Shown here in pieces: positions 12,301-27,300 of a DNA stretch of 64,000 nucleotides (its first letter is position 1; every line of letters starts with the position of its first letter). This stretch comes from Carcharhinus amblyrhynchos (lineage: Eukaryota): assembly GCA_965287045.1 (NCBI GenBank), contig OZ336870.1:130448001-130512000 (forward strand). The letters are read 5' to 3'. A program made the position numbers and the translations under genes. The notes beneath the pieces are model-generated. The model saw only the letters and a program-made list of their open reading frames with translations. It made no database searches and was not told the DNA's origin.

Positions 12301-15300
12301 CTCTTTCTGAATGGTATAGAGAAAGTCATAGGTACCATTCTTGTTGTCAAGTATCTCCCCATCGACCACGCTACCATCAGGAGATGCAATTTCAGCGCTT
12401 AGGCATGCATTTCCAGTTTTCACAAGTTCTCCATCTTTGTCCTTTGTTGTTATAGTAACAGATGTAGGATGGCCAATCACACACTGTCTCAAACCCTCAC
12501 CTGTCGCAACAGTCTCATAAGCCACAGCATTTGTGGTGATTATGGTACCTAAATTATGAATGGATTTCTTCAGCCCTTCAGTTTCAACCACAAACTCCAA
12601 CTGATCATTTTCTTGAGGCTGTAATGGAAACTCTTGAACAGCCAGTTCATTCAACCGATCGCCCATTTGCTTCTTCACTAAAAGAACTTCTGTTTCAGTC
12701 CCATGGTTTAGAGCTTGTTCAGTGAAGTTGCAGCTACTCCTGATGCTTTCCTGACCCTGCAGCAATGCATCCAGTTGTGCTTGGAGAACCTGTAACAGAA
12801 AGATTAAAAATCCATGCATAGCTTTTATTTCAGAATGTTACGATTTGCTCAAAAATCTTAGTAAGTTTCCATTTCTTTCACTGAGAGTACAACCTGCAAA
12901 ACAAGAACATTCAACTCCCTTCACCACAAAATTTATTCAAAGCCTAATGGCTAATTAGTAATTCATGGATCAATTAAGCAAGAAAAATGTTGTTTAGCTC
13001 TGAGAAGGCAATATAACCTGCAAAGATAATCATAAATCAGAATTCTCAGAACTAAAACTAACGTTGTACTCTAAGCATCAGGTCATCTTTCATTAAGGCA
13101 AGATTACAAAAATATGAGATTCCTTGTCTTCACTCATGCCTTAAACTAGCTGTAGCCTGTTTTATTGGCATTACAGGTATTGAGTATAAATGCGTTATCC
13201 GTACTTAAAAATTCTCATCTTCCAGTGGAGTCACCAGTTGAAAAGTACAGGTTACTCATCTATCCAAGAGAAGTAAGCGCTAATTAATTATTAAGGAATT
13301 CTATCAACATTTTTACGTAATACCACAATGTTTCCTCTCCGTTGTGCAAGCAGGCAGCTGCTCAGCAACCTGGAATGTAGCATGTATTGTGCACAACAGC
13401 AAGCTCATACAAGGACAGCTGAGCATTTATACCTGATAAATAAAAATGTAGCTGGCTGGAGAGAGTGGGAAAAGACAGCTACGATTGGAATAGAGTGAGC
13501 TCAGGACCAAAGACACAAGTGATAGGAGAGGCAGAGCATAGGAGGATATTGTCATTGGAGGAACTGCGAGGTGTCAAGAACACAGCAACATGTGGCGAGA
13601 AGGACACAAGGTGAGGAGCCGGCTAAGTCCTCAGAGCCGTGGGAGAGACTGAGCTTCAGAAGCAAGAGCACTCCAAACTCATCAGCCGAAGGCTGCAGGA
13701 GGGGAAGGGACTTAGGGAAAATTCCCCACTGGTGGGTCAGCCTGTGTTGCATGAAAGTCCAAAGCCTGCAGAGCATTTAGTTGCCAACCTCAGATTAAAG
13801 CAAAACTCTGGAGGCTCATTTCATTTAGCAGCTCTCAATGGCCCAGGGCACAATCTGGAGCCAGATGGCACAAAGCAGAACAACCGAACATGACAAGCCC
13901 AACGGGGTCGGCCCATCATGACGAAATAAACATACTCAATCTAGGCCAAAGTTGATCAATGAATTTAGTTGCATGAGTATCAAATGCCTTCTTACAAGTA
14001 AGTTTATAATGCAGATTGGATTATTGATCATAATTAAAGAGCCTGTTCAGCAAACATCAGCATTTAGTATTGACTGGACCAAAAAAATATATATACCAGC
14101 CTGGAAACCACAGGTTAATTAAAGCTCTCCAGGTTAATGGATCATGGAGGAGATATCAAATCGTGTGTGTTTCACTTCACTTCAATAAAGTGTTCGAGGA
14201 GTGGGAGCAGCTCCAAGAAATTTCCCAGTTAGACCAAAGATGGCATCAAGGAGGGGAAAGTCAGGTGATGGCAGCTTTAAAAATGTCCAATTTTGAGACA
14301 GACATCACCAATTTTCAGATAGCCAGATTCAATTCACTGCACCCATACGGGAAAATCTGATTTGCTTAATATTTAAACGTTTTAAGTTGCACTTTTTTTT
14401 TTAGGAATGCAGCTATAATGTTAAGTGAATAATTGGACTGTGTAAGTGTTGGGATGCATTAGAATAATTTTTTCGTTAGGAAAATGCTATTATTCATTCA
14501 AAAACGGAAAAAAAAAGTGCTTGGGAACTCTACTGACATGATCTAAAAGAGATTTCAATGTCCACAATGCTTTGATTCCCAAAAAATGATTTGTAGTTTT
14601 CACCTAGAGAAGAGAAACTGCTGCCTGCTCTTGGACTACTTTGATTGAAAGTTCATCTGGTGTAACTTAGAAAATAAAACTTATCAATCCATTTCCCAAT
14701 CTCAGTAGGCTGCACTGCACAAGCAATGATTTTTTTTTGATAGGATCCATTAAGAAGCTATGGCTGACTTTCAAAAGCTGAGGAACCACAGTTCATGCAG
14801 AGGATTGTGTACATGGTTTGACTGACATTTTTAAAAGAGGTTATGAAAGAATTATCTGTCTTTGATGTGGTTACTGAATAAATGTTTGTGTGTACTTACA
14901 ACTGACTGACCTGAGGCAATTTCAGTTTTTTTTCCCCCAACCGGATGTGGGTTTTGAGCAACATTTCTATTAGATTTGTCAGAGGTATACATTTTCATGT
15001 CCATTTCAAAAAGTTACTTTATCATGGTTTTTGAGGATATATGGGAGGCATAGAGGGTGAATGAGAATGATAGAATTAAAGGCCATTTTGGAAAGCTGGG
15101 CCAGTGTCTTAGCAAACAGATGTGGACCATTTAGCCAGCATGTCTTGGCACCCACACTTTTTTGACATAGCCTCGGTAACCAGGAACTCCAAATGACTCC
15201 AGGAGATGGAAATATGACATTTATATGCAGAGATGACAGACTCCGTTTCTGCAACTGGGAAACAGCTCAGCTTTCATTTTCCTGAGCCCAACGTGAAAAT

Positions 15301-18300
15301 CCAACTTAATGGAAACGTGTGCAGTTTCACCAAGGGAAAACATGTGTGAGCCAAAGATGGATTCCTGGAAAAACCCCAGGATATATATCACCAATTCATA
15401 GAATGATACAGCACACTGAAGGAAGCTTTACAATCCACTGTACAGCCCTATAGCACAGCTGCTGAATTAATTACACTCCTCTACAATTTTTCTCCCTTTC
15501 ACTATTTATCCAGTTCCCTTTCAAATGTTGTTGAATCTGCTTCTACCATCTTCAAAACAGAACATTCCAGATCATAACAAATCACTGCACAAAATAAAAA
15601 AGTCTCATGCTGCTTCTGGTTCCTTTGGCAATGGCATTAAACTGGTATCCAATGGTTACTGGCCCTGCCATCAGAAATCACTTTTCCTTATTTGCATTAT
15701 CAAATCTATTCATGATTCTGACTGGCTCTATGAAACCTTGTTTAACTTTCTCTTCCCCAAGGAGAATATCACAAACTTCTCCAGTTTATTCTTCCCAAGA
15801 CTACTCTAGTAAATCTATACTATACTTACGCTGAGGCTTCGACCTCGTTCCTAGACCAGCTTTTTTAAAAAAGAGATTTAGCATAACATTCTTGCTAAGT
15901 CCATGATTGCTCTATTAATAAAAGATTTTTTTTGAAAAAAAAAGCCCTCTTCCACCTTCAATGAGTTCTGCACTTAGGAACAGAGATCTGCAGTTCTATA
16001 CCCCACTGAAAATTGTACCATGTATTTCCTATTCTTTCTACTAAAATACATCATTTCATTTAGACAAAACAGTTATGGTTTTGGGGAACGTTGATGAGTT
16101 GAACCAATTGGATAGGGCTAGTAGGCAGCTGAACAGGCACGATAGTTCTAATGTCTTCCTGTGTTGCATCATTATGGAATTCACATTTATCTGCATTACA
16201 TTCAATTTGTCAATTTTCTCTTGAAGTTTGTGACTTTGTTCCTCAGTTTTACTACATTTCCAAATTTCATATCATGAGAAGTTTGTAGTTTTAAATACTG
16301 AATATTTAAATACTGTTACTGAATATTAATTGTCACAAAAACTCTGATTTTATGAATTATTGCACAGATTTTCAAACAGGGACTCTTAAGAGGGTAAAGA
16401 TCAGATTTGTGAGCATCTGCGACAGCACTATTGGTTTCTGCAATAATAGCATGTTTTCATTTGAATAACAAACAGTTTTTTGGAACAGTTTAGTGGAGGG
16501 AATCCTCAGTAATGGGTCATTATTTGAAAACCACCCCAAAACTGCAGTCAAACGACTGCTAAATTATGTGTGTATTTCACGAAGCCAAACTTTACCATCT
16601 TGTGCCCAATTATTCATATTTGGAACCAGGTATTCTTGTTCCCAGTTCAACAGGGTATAATCATGGGAACGCTGGATAAAGTCAACATTTAGGTCAATTC
16701 TTTTCCTCTTTATAAAATTGTGAAACAACATGAGTCAGTACCATAAACTGTTACAACATCACACGTTTTCCTCAAGTGCTGAAGGATAGAAAAGTGAAGT
16801 TTGAAAATAAGCTTTAATTGAACGTGTCTCACAGATAACTTCCTGAATCCACACCATGTTGATTTCAATTCCAAATAAAACAGTCTGTATGGTCCACTGT
16901 GATAAAAAAATCATCATTTCTTGTTAAAATATTTGCAATTCAAAATACAGTGAACAGCCAGCACACAAAGTACAGTGAATAAACAGCCTAGCACACAAGA
17001 CCTTGACAAGACAGCTGGGTTAAAATATTGGTACAACAACAAAAGCAACAGTACATCATAAATCATTTAAATTGACATTTATTTTCAGCCCTCAAGTCTT
17101 TCACTAATGTAAAGAACCTCACCCTTGTTTGAATACATTTACTGGGCCAATATACTTTCATTCTAAATGGAGACTAAGCAAGTAGAATTTAATTGTTTTT
17201 TTGTTGTGTCTGCACCAGAATAGTTAAATCTTTTCCCAGGGATGTCAACCCCTGTCTTGAATGTTAATTGAAACAAAAAAGTCTGAGCCTTCTGCAAGGA
17301 CTGAGCCAGATTCAACCTCCAATCTGCACCAAGTTAGCTGATCTCAGCCAGAACGGTGGCAGAATATCAGTCCCCTTAAACTGAAATACCCCTGGGCAAG
17401 AACAAAGTTTGGCTCAGTTATGGCATTCCCTGTATATGTAGACTCATCATGAGTAATCATGATTTGAAACAAGAGTGACCAACTGAACTTCAGAAAACAT
17501 ATCCCAGCAAGGATGAAACAACTTTAGGAAGGAGAGGGAAAAACAGAGAAAATTGAGAGATTGAGAGCAAGCCAACTATTCCTAATAACAAAAGGTTAGA
17601 GGCGTTTTTTTAAAATCAATGTTTCTCGATTTGTAAGTCAACCATCCTTTATACTCTTAACTGTCATGTTTTAATCAAGACATTTGTCCTTGCTCAATCC
17701 TCTGCATAGCAACTGTTCTGGTGCTACTGAAAACATGCTGCTTTCTGCAATTGTTATAGTTGTACCAGCAGCTTTACACAGTTAATCATAACCTTACTCA
17801 CCTTACTACAGTTATTTTACTTCATATAAACTAAAAATGAAAAATACTAATTATGAATGATTTTTTCTTTTATTCAATCGTGGGACATGGGCATCCTTTA
17901 CTTATTGCCCATCCTTAGAATCAATCTACTTAAGCAATTGTAAAGTCATTCAAACAGTAATTTGGTAAGTACTGAAATTCTCTTACTTTTTGTTTAACAC
18001 CATAAGTAACTTCCAGTTCCATAAGCAGAACACTCTTTCGTACGTTTAAAGTCTTCTGGAGCTCATCAAAAGTAGCATGGATTTCTTCTTCAATGCTTAC
18101 TTTCTCATTGGTCAAATCCTGCAAGATTTCGGACAGGAAACTAAGAGCAGAGTCCAACTCAGGCAACCTGTGAAAAGATCAAACATTATTTCTGTAGATT
18201 ATTTTCATGACTTTGTCAGCCAGTTTATTCCTAATTTTTTAATAGAATAAATTGTGAACCATGGAGATGCAGGCAACAGGGTGGGTACACCATCGTCACT

Positions 18301-21300
18301 GGCAGAACAAGTAATGTTAAGAGGGACAGCAAATTATGGCAGGGATCAGCAAAAAAAAAAGCAGAACAAAATGAAAAAAGAAAAAAGAAGAGGATAGACA
18401 AAAACCCAAAGAAACAAATAGGAAAGTAACAAAGAAAAAGTCATAAGGAGGCATAGAATGGCATGTTTGTACCTCAAAAAGCATTCAAAACAGATTTAGA
18501 GAATTACAACTACAAATGATGGAGGACATGATATTGCAGTTCTAACAGATTGGATTGGCTTTAGATGAACTGGGAATGTAATTACTAAGGAAAGATATAG
18601 AGTCAGGGGAAATGAGGCACACTAATGTAAAAGCACCAAATCACAGTTTAGAACACAAGGATTTTCTGAGATGGCTATGTCCACAGATTGCATACATAAT
18701 GAAGGGAAATCCTTTGTGCATCTCAGTGAGGAGATAAGGAGGAGAACAGACATAGCAAGCTAAATAGCCTGTGTCCTAAACTTGTATAGCTCAGACAATA
18801 CTAGTCATAACAGAAGTCAAATAAATATTTTATATCATAAAATGATATAAGCCAAAGACAAAGTCTGAAATTTGTTTTCAGTATGATAAGAGGTTAGATG
18901 CAATGGATTCTCGTTCTTAAAGTTTTAGTCACGTTTTGGGACTTTCTTATCCCAAAGAAAAAATTCTGCAGCTGCTGAAACAGAGGAGTTTGTGTGAAAA
19001 TGAGACAGTGAAAGTGTGTTTCTAAAACGACAGGGAGTGACAATTAAATGCATTATCACTACCTCCACCTCACTTCTCCACAACCCACCCGCCCCACCCC
19101 AGCTTCCAACAAACACTAATATATTATTTTGGATGCTCTGTTCACTCAATCTACTCATTTCTTGTAGTCAGCAGCTATAGGTCAGGGCAGGCTAAGGAAA
19201 AATTCATTTACTCAAACTCTAAGGTAACTGGAATCAATGGCTGACCAGGAAAGTTAAGGCAAGCACTAAAATGGAGTACTACAGCTTGGTTTTTGTTTCT
19301 CTTACTCAAAAAAGTAGCTGAAGTTAAATAGAGTATGTTTGGAATTATAATTGTTACTCAATTTGATTTGGTAAAATAAAGCAGCTTAATAATTCATATC
19401 TCGACTCACCTCAGTGTTTATCAACCTACTTATAAAATATTTGAAATCATTTTTGTGCAGGCAGCAGGGGAGACGTGTGAAAAACACTGGCCCAGTAAAT
19501 TGGTGAATGCTCACTGGAATTAAATAATAAATTAGACAGCAACTGCATGACAATTTACACTACAGGAGAAGACTACAGATTAGGTGGCAAGTTACGACAG
19601 ACAAGTGCAAAGGCCTTGGGCAATCTTGAATTGCCTGGGAACTTGGATCTATAATTCCTCATTGCATTCTCCATGGCAATTCCTTGGCCAGAGTCAACTT
19701 GCCAACCAATCAGCAGTCTTTTTACTACAATGGTGAACTATTGTGATCAGAAATTTGGCACTCTGGAGTTTGTCCTGACGGGTGCAAGGCTAAGAGCTTC
19801 ACCAACATGTCTCTCTTTTCAACAAAATTGAGGTGTATCAGGTCTTAATTAATACCAAAAATATCCTTCCTATGTGCGATGTCTAGAACAGCTCACAGTA
19901 TTCTAGGCATTACCTAGCCAAGGTTTAGTATAGCTGGAGCATGACTTCTAACCCACTGTAGGATATTCTTCTAGATATTAAGGCCAGCATTTCATTAACC
20001 TTTGATTATTTTCTGAAACTCTCCTTGACATTTTAATACTCTATATACCTAGATCTCCATATCTCTTCAGACCTCCACAGTTTGTAGCCTTTTATTATGT
20101 AGAAAGTTCTCTGTTCAATTCTTTTTATGTCCTAAGTAGTCACCTTTGCCTACACTAAAATGCATTTTCCACAGTTTTGACCATTAATATAATCTATTGT
20201 CATTTTAGTTACGTTTCATCTATATCATTTACAATGTTTATCTTTGTCATCAGCAAATTTTATGTGGCTTTCTATCCCACAATTAATAAACTGATGAATA
20301 ACTAAAAACCTACGTAGATCCTTGTGGGACGTCACTAATCATATATTGCCAACTAAAAGTACCTGCCCATTATTCCTATTTTTTGCCTTCCTCTCTACGG
20401 TTTCCTAACCAGATAAAGAAATTGCCTTCAATTCCATGAGCTTCAACATGAACCACTCTCTTGAGGGACTTTATCAAATGCTAGAAATCTATAAATAATA
20501 ACCACAGATATTCCCTTGTTTAGTCGCCTTTTCAAAAAGAAAATTCAGTCATGTTTGTCAGACCTGACCTACTCTTTACAAACCAATACCTACTCAGATC
20601 AGCAGAAAATTTAAGGTATTCAGTCACCATATCCTTAATTATCGATCTGAGAGATGCTGGGTCAACTGGTCTATAATTCCCTAGTTCCCCACTAATCTTT
20701 ATTAATAACGTGGTGGGGGTGGGAGGTCAGGCATAGGCAGCCTTCAAACAAACAATCTCGGAAGCCATGCTGCTGCTACCACCGAGAACAGGAGCGGGCC
20801 TTTCACAGCCCACCTCAGCACCTACACTCTGACACCAATTTGCAGCTTGTAAACTGCCCTACCAACCTGAACCATGCAGGAAAAGACAAAAATCCCCGGC
20901 AAAGTCTCAGTTGGGACTGCAGTTTGAGAGCTGCAAAATCGCTCAACTCACCATATGTGCCCTCAGCCCTTAAGGGCAAAATTACAATATAGCGGCAGTG
21001 ACGGAATAATGTTTGTCCTAAAAAGGGCAATTACTTCTTATAAAACCCTTTTTTCCATTTGTTAAAAAGCAAAAATCAATATCTTCAATAGCATTATTGC
21101 TACTTTCTGCTGAATGAGACTCATGTCATCTATCAAACTGACAAAGTTAAGTATTTCAATTAGAGTACATTTTGCATCATGTGTGTCACTCGAATCTGTT
21201 TAGATGATGAACTGGACTAATAAAAATAAATTACACCAATACAATCCACTCCTGTCAGAGCAATTTGTAAATTGATCATCACAAAATGCAAATACATTTT

Positions 21301-24300
21301 ATGACACAGTAAGTTAAAATACAGTCCAAACAGCAAAGAATTGGGTTAAAATCCAGTGTGGATGGATGGAAATAAATCTCTCATTCTTCTAAACTCCAAT
21401 AATTACATGCCCAACCTGCCCTTCATGTCAGGAATCAAACTACTGAACCGTCTCCAATGCAAGTATCCTTCTATAAATAAGGAGACTAAGACTTCCTAAT
21501 ACTTCAGATATAGTCTCACATGCAATGCCCTGTACAGTTGTAACAAGACTTCCCTACTGGACATCCATACTAACTTGTGATTCACATACAAGGATCCTTC
21601 TACTATAGTATACTGTAATCTCTCTCCATTTAAACATTTTGCTCTTCTAGTGGGCAACTTCACATTTTCCCCATACCATATTCCAACTGCCAAACCTTTG
21701 CCACTCACTTGTAGAATCTTTATATACTCTCTACAACTTGCTTTGTAATGTCAGGAAATTTGGTTATTCACCTAAGAATACTCTGTACAGTTTTGGTCAT
21801 AATATTACAAAAAACATGTTACAAACACCAGAGAAGGTATATAAAAGATTTACCAGGGTGAAACCAGAACAAAAACTATAGCTATCATAAAAACACTTAA
21901 ATAAACTGGAGTTCTTTATAAAAGAAATGGGCTGATGGGTGACCTAATGGAGATCTTTAAAATCATGGAGTGGGGGATGATGAGTAAATGTAAAGATGTT
22001 TTCTTTCAGGAGGGCACCTAAAAGTGGGGCCATAAGTTTAGGATCGTCTCTAATAAGTCCAATACAAATTCAAGATAAAATTTCTTCATCTAGAGAATGT
22101 AACTCAGTGCCACAAAATAGTCAAGGTGAATAGTTCAGTCACAATTAAGGGGAAGTTGGTTAAGTACACGAGGTATAAAGAAATACAAGATTCTGGTGAA
22201 AGGGTTAGATAAAGTAGAGTGGGAGGAAGCGTACGTGCAATGTAACCACCAGATAGACCAGTTGGGATGAATGGCCTGAACTTGTGCTGAACTTCTATGT
22301 AGATCTGTCTTTATCCGATCAGAAAGGTGACAGAGCGTAAACTAGCACAATTGAATTTTTGCTGAAGTGTACACTCAGTAAACTTTTCACTTCTTCAAAA
22401 CTGTAAACAAAGAAACATCTGACCAACAGTGAATCAACTCAAAATGCAGTTAAGTTGTATCCAGGAAAGATACATGCATAGAAAAGCAGGCAAAGCCTTC
22501 ATCACGAAAGCCTCTCATTATATTTTGTTTTAAAACCTTGTTGCAAATGAGATCAAGCCTTGGAGGAGGAGCTATACCTAATCCAATCAGCTTGGATGAT
22601 GTAGATCAAGCCCAAGACAGGAGGTGAGAGCCCTGTCTTGTCAGCTTGGATCGGGAATGTCGCAACTTGTTCAGAGTCTGAATTGGACTTGATTGGATCG
22701 ATTTGGAATAAAAAACAAAAATTCATTGTTTAATAGCATGAGCACAACCATGTACACTATTCTCCCACATGAACTGCCCTTATAAACAATTCATTCTCTG
22801 TTCTCAGCCGAGAACACAATGTTCCTGTGAACTGCAATGGAGTCCAAATTTAAAGAAATGATCATGGAATGAATTTGGTCATGTTTACCAATGGAACTTA
22901 AGTAAGGAGTATGTGGAGGTAGTCACTAATTGAGAGCTGCTCTGGACTTGGGTGTTTAGAATTAGTTTCACTACTGTGAAAAAAGGCACGAATGACCCAA
23001 TTTAAGGCAGAAATGTACAATTACAATGAAGGCATTCCTCAGTATATGATTCTGGCTAAATCTGCCTTGTGCACAATATACAGAGCCAATGGGGATGGAG
23101 GAAACAATCCATCAAAGGAACTGGATAAAGAAAGACTGATTGGTGCTTGAGGAATATAAGATTCTGGTGAAAGGGTTAGATAAAGTAGAGTGGGAGAAAG
23201 CTTATGTGCAATGTAACCACCAGTTCGACCACCGCCATAAATTCAGGTGCTGAGTATGTTATTTGTTTAATTTGCTGATTTTCTTCCTAATTCCGGAGAG
23301 GGTGAGCTTGCCATAGTGTGCAAACCAGCACTGAATGTTCATCTAGAGATAAATTCAAAATACTTTTGCTAAAACATTAGGAGCTTTGTGAACCAGAGGC
23401 AACTTGGTCTGGTTTATCACATATGACTGGGATTGTGGACACAGAGCAATGGGGAATTTCACAGTAACTTCATTGCAGTGTTAATGTAAGCCTTACTTGT
23501 GACTAGAAAATGCTGGGCAGCATTTTCACCCACATATCTACGTGAATACTAAACTATATCAATGGCAAACAAACTGGAGAATGTTTATGACCAGAGACCC
23601 CGTGGGGAAGCAAACGGGGATCTTGAACGCTCAGCGTTACCTTCCTAGCTGAGCATCTCCGCTAGGTAGGACCTCGATGCTGTGAGGCCCAAGAAGCGGG
23701 CCCGTCACCCTGGGACACACAGCACGAGACTGAAAACAAACGAGTTGGAGCCCAATAACCCCGTCCGGTGATTAGCCCGCGGTCTTTAACATTGGGATCT
23801 GGCTCATCAGTGCGTTCGGGAGCTGCCCCAAAGCCACAGCCCTGTTTTCCTGCCTCTCTGTGAGGACCACCTCCTCCTCCGGGTGCTGTAAAATCCGACA
23901 TCCCGGAACCACCTCCTGTACTCGGTAAGTAATAAGATTACCAACTTATCCTTGATAACCGAGCTCATGTTAAAGGAATTTGCTTCCACCCCGCCGATTA
24001 GCTCAGATCCAATCAACACACAACCTCGCGGTCGCGGTAGTCAGATTGATGCTGTGCACTCATTAGTATAATTACCCTTAATAAAATAATGCTGGAAATA
24101 TGAAATATAGAAAATGTTGGAGAAACTCAGCAAGTCTGAGAGAGAAACAATTCGGGGTCACGTGGACTCGGAACGTTAACTCACTTTCTCTTTCCCCAAA
24201 CCTGCTGAGTTTCTCCAACATTTTCTGTTTTTAGTACACTTACCTCTGCTTGACGGCCTCCAGTTGAGTCTGCAAGGAAGCTTTATGCTGCTCTACCACA

Positions 24301-27300
24301 TCTTTGAGGGGAACAGTTGGGTGCTCGGCATGTTCACCTTCTGTACATTCATGACACATTGCTGTCTCACAGGATTGGCAATAAAACTCCATCACCTGGA
24401 GAAAGGTAGTAACACAGTTGGGGGGGAAAAACTGATTATTGTAGCACTTTCTAAAGCACCTGATTTTGCATTTGGTTCATTTGCTCCCACTAACTTAAGA
24501 TGTCTACATTCACAGTCTCTTCAAACTCCTGATGAAAACTTAAAACAAATTGTACATTTTCAGAATTGCCTTAATAGATTAACCATCATTAGGCAAAATT
24601 GTCTAATTGTTTGACACTATAGTTCCATTATTGAATGAAGATAAATAACCAGTAGTCTATATTTTTATGAAGAGGACCCACAGCTTATTTATAGCTACAA
24701 TGGAGCAAAGAATAAACTCGCTACTTTTATCTGTTTTTCAACAAATACTGCCTACCTGCATTTTTTCTTTGATCCCACCCATCAATCAATTGACAAGTTT
24801 CTAATAAATGTAAATTAATCAATCGTAGAATCATTTGCAAAGATGGTTTCTTTTGTGGTTAGTAAACTGAGTCCCTGTGATTTCTCACAGGAATAGTCAC
24901 TGTTTAGGCAACATATCAAAGATTTGAGGCACAGTTTTAGAAAAAGCATTAAATATCTTCTGGGAAAGGGGAAGATTCTCAAATAAAACATTTCTTCTGT
25001 GTTCTCTTACCCATATGAGATTTGTGACAGCCAAGTAACCTGATGAACCTGATAATTATGAATACAAAAAGCCACTTAGGCCATCTTAAAGGTGCTTTGG
25101 AATAGGTGATTTAAGTGATTTCAAGGTTTTCAACTCATTGAGATTATTCAATGTGTGGAAAAAAACTTCACCAGTGATACTTTGAACGACTTGCATTTAT
25201 CTAGCGCCTCTAACATAATAAAATATTCCAAGGCATTTCATAGAAGCACTATGAAATTAAACAATATTTATAAAAAGAGAAATTAGAGTATGGGAGAAAG
25301 CTAACCAGAAACGTAAAAAAATACTAAATTTCTACAGGTCCTTAATTAAAAGTATAACTAAAGTGAGTATTGGTACTCTGGGGAAATAATAATGGAAATA
25401 AGAAAATAGTGGATGATTTTGTGGGTTTTCACTGTAGAAAGCACACATAGCATCCCAGAAATAATTATGAATCAAGAGGTGCAAGACAGAAAGAAACTTA
25501 AAACAATTATAAGCACCGTGGTAACAGTACTGAAGCTGAAGGCTGAGAATCCCCAGCTCCTAATGGACTTCATCCTAAGGGCTTAAGACAAGTGGCTCCA
25601 GAGATAGTAGCTGCGTAGGTTTTAATTTTCTAATGTTCCCTAGATTCTTGAAAGGCCTTTTTACAATTGGAAAATAGCAAGTATAATTCTTCAGGAAAAA
25701 AAAGACAGAAAACAGGAACTTACATCTGTCTTTAGAAAATGCTAGAATCTTTAATTATCTTAATGCAATCAGGCAGAATCAACATGGTTTTGTGAAAGAC
25801 ATGATGGCCAAAATTTTCCAGCTGTTCATGCCAGTAGGAATCTCTGGTCTTGCTGCAGTGAATGGAGATTTGGCTGAGCGCCAAATTCTGCAGCAGCAGC
25901 AGGAAGTGAACAGCCAGAGAATTCTGGCTAATACGTTTGACTAATTTATTAGAGCTCTTTGTGGAAGTACAAACAACATAAAGAAAAGAGAACTTCTGGA
26001 TGTGGGGGTAATTGGATTTCCAAAAAGCATTTGACAGGGTTATTACACAAAATAAGAGCTTCTGTTGTAGGGGGCAACGTATTAGCATGGATATAAGATT
26101 GGTCAGCTAACAAGAAAGAGAGTAGGGATAAGTTGGACTTTTTGGATTGACATGATGTAACCAGTGGAGTGCCATGAGGATCAATGCCGGGGCCTCAGCT
26201 ATTTACAAAGTGTCAATGACCTGGATGTAGGGACTGAATGTATGGTTACTAAATGTGCTGACTACACAAAGATTGGCAGCAGAATACATTGTGAAAAGAA
26301 CATAAGGAGTCTGGAAAGGAAAAGGTGAAGTGAGTAGGCAATGTTTTGGCATCTACAGTTACAATGTAGGAAAATGTGAACTTGTGTACTTTGGCAGGAA
26401 GAAGAGGAAAAATAGCAAAGTATTTAAATAGAGAGCGATTGCATAATTTAGTTATACAGAATCTGGGTGTCCTTGTACATGAATCATAAAATCATATAGT
26501 ATGCAGGTACAGCAAATAATTAGGAAGACAAATACAATGTTGTCATTAATTGCAAGGGGAATGGGATATAAAAGTAGGAAAGTTTTACTACAGTAGTACA
26601 GGACGTTGGTGCAATCATACCTTGAGTATTATGTAATGTTTTGGTCTCACTTAAGAAGATTTAATTACATTGGGAGCAATGCAGAAAAGGTTCACTTAAC
26701 TGATTCCTGGGATGAAGAAACTTTGTACAGGTTGGGCCTGTATCCATTGGAGTTTAGAAACATGAGAGGAATTCTCTTCATCAGTAAACAATGGAGGCTG
26801 GGATATCATTGAATATTTTTAAGGCTGAGTTAGATAGATTCTTGATTGACCAGGGAGCCAACAGGTACAGGGAATACACAGGAAAGTACACAGTCTTTAA
26901 CCAGACCAGCCATAATCTTATCAGTGGAGCAGGCTTGAGGGTTGAATGGCCTACTACAATGCAAAATTCGTATGTTCAAATGCAGAGTGGAAATAATAGA
27001 GATAGTGTGAATGTGCAGTTGGCTCCTCTTGGTGGGAACTGTGACATCAAGACTGGTTCAACCACGGACAGTCACCAGGAAGTAGGATGGAGCTGATAAC
27101 TAGGGAAGGGTTTGCAGTATGGCCCAAGACTCGTAATTGGAGGAAATTTTTGCTCATCTAGTACTGGATGTCAGACAAGCTATTTGATAATTTGGGAACA
27201 GTGGATAAGGTGAGAGGGGTGCTGGGGAGGTGCAGATGGGTGTCATCTGAGTTCAGATAAAAACTTGTGATTTCAGATGATGTCACCAAGGGACCGTGCA

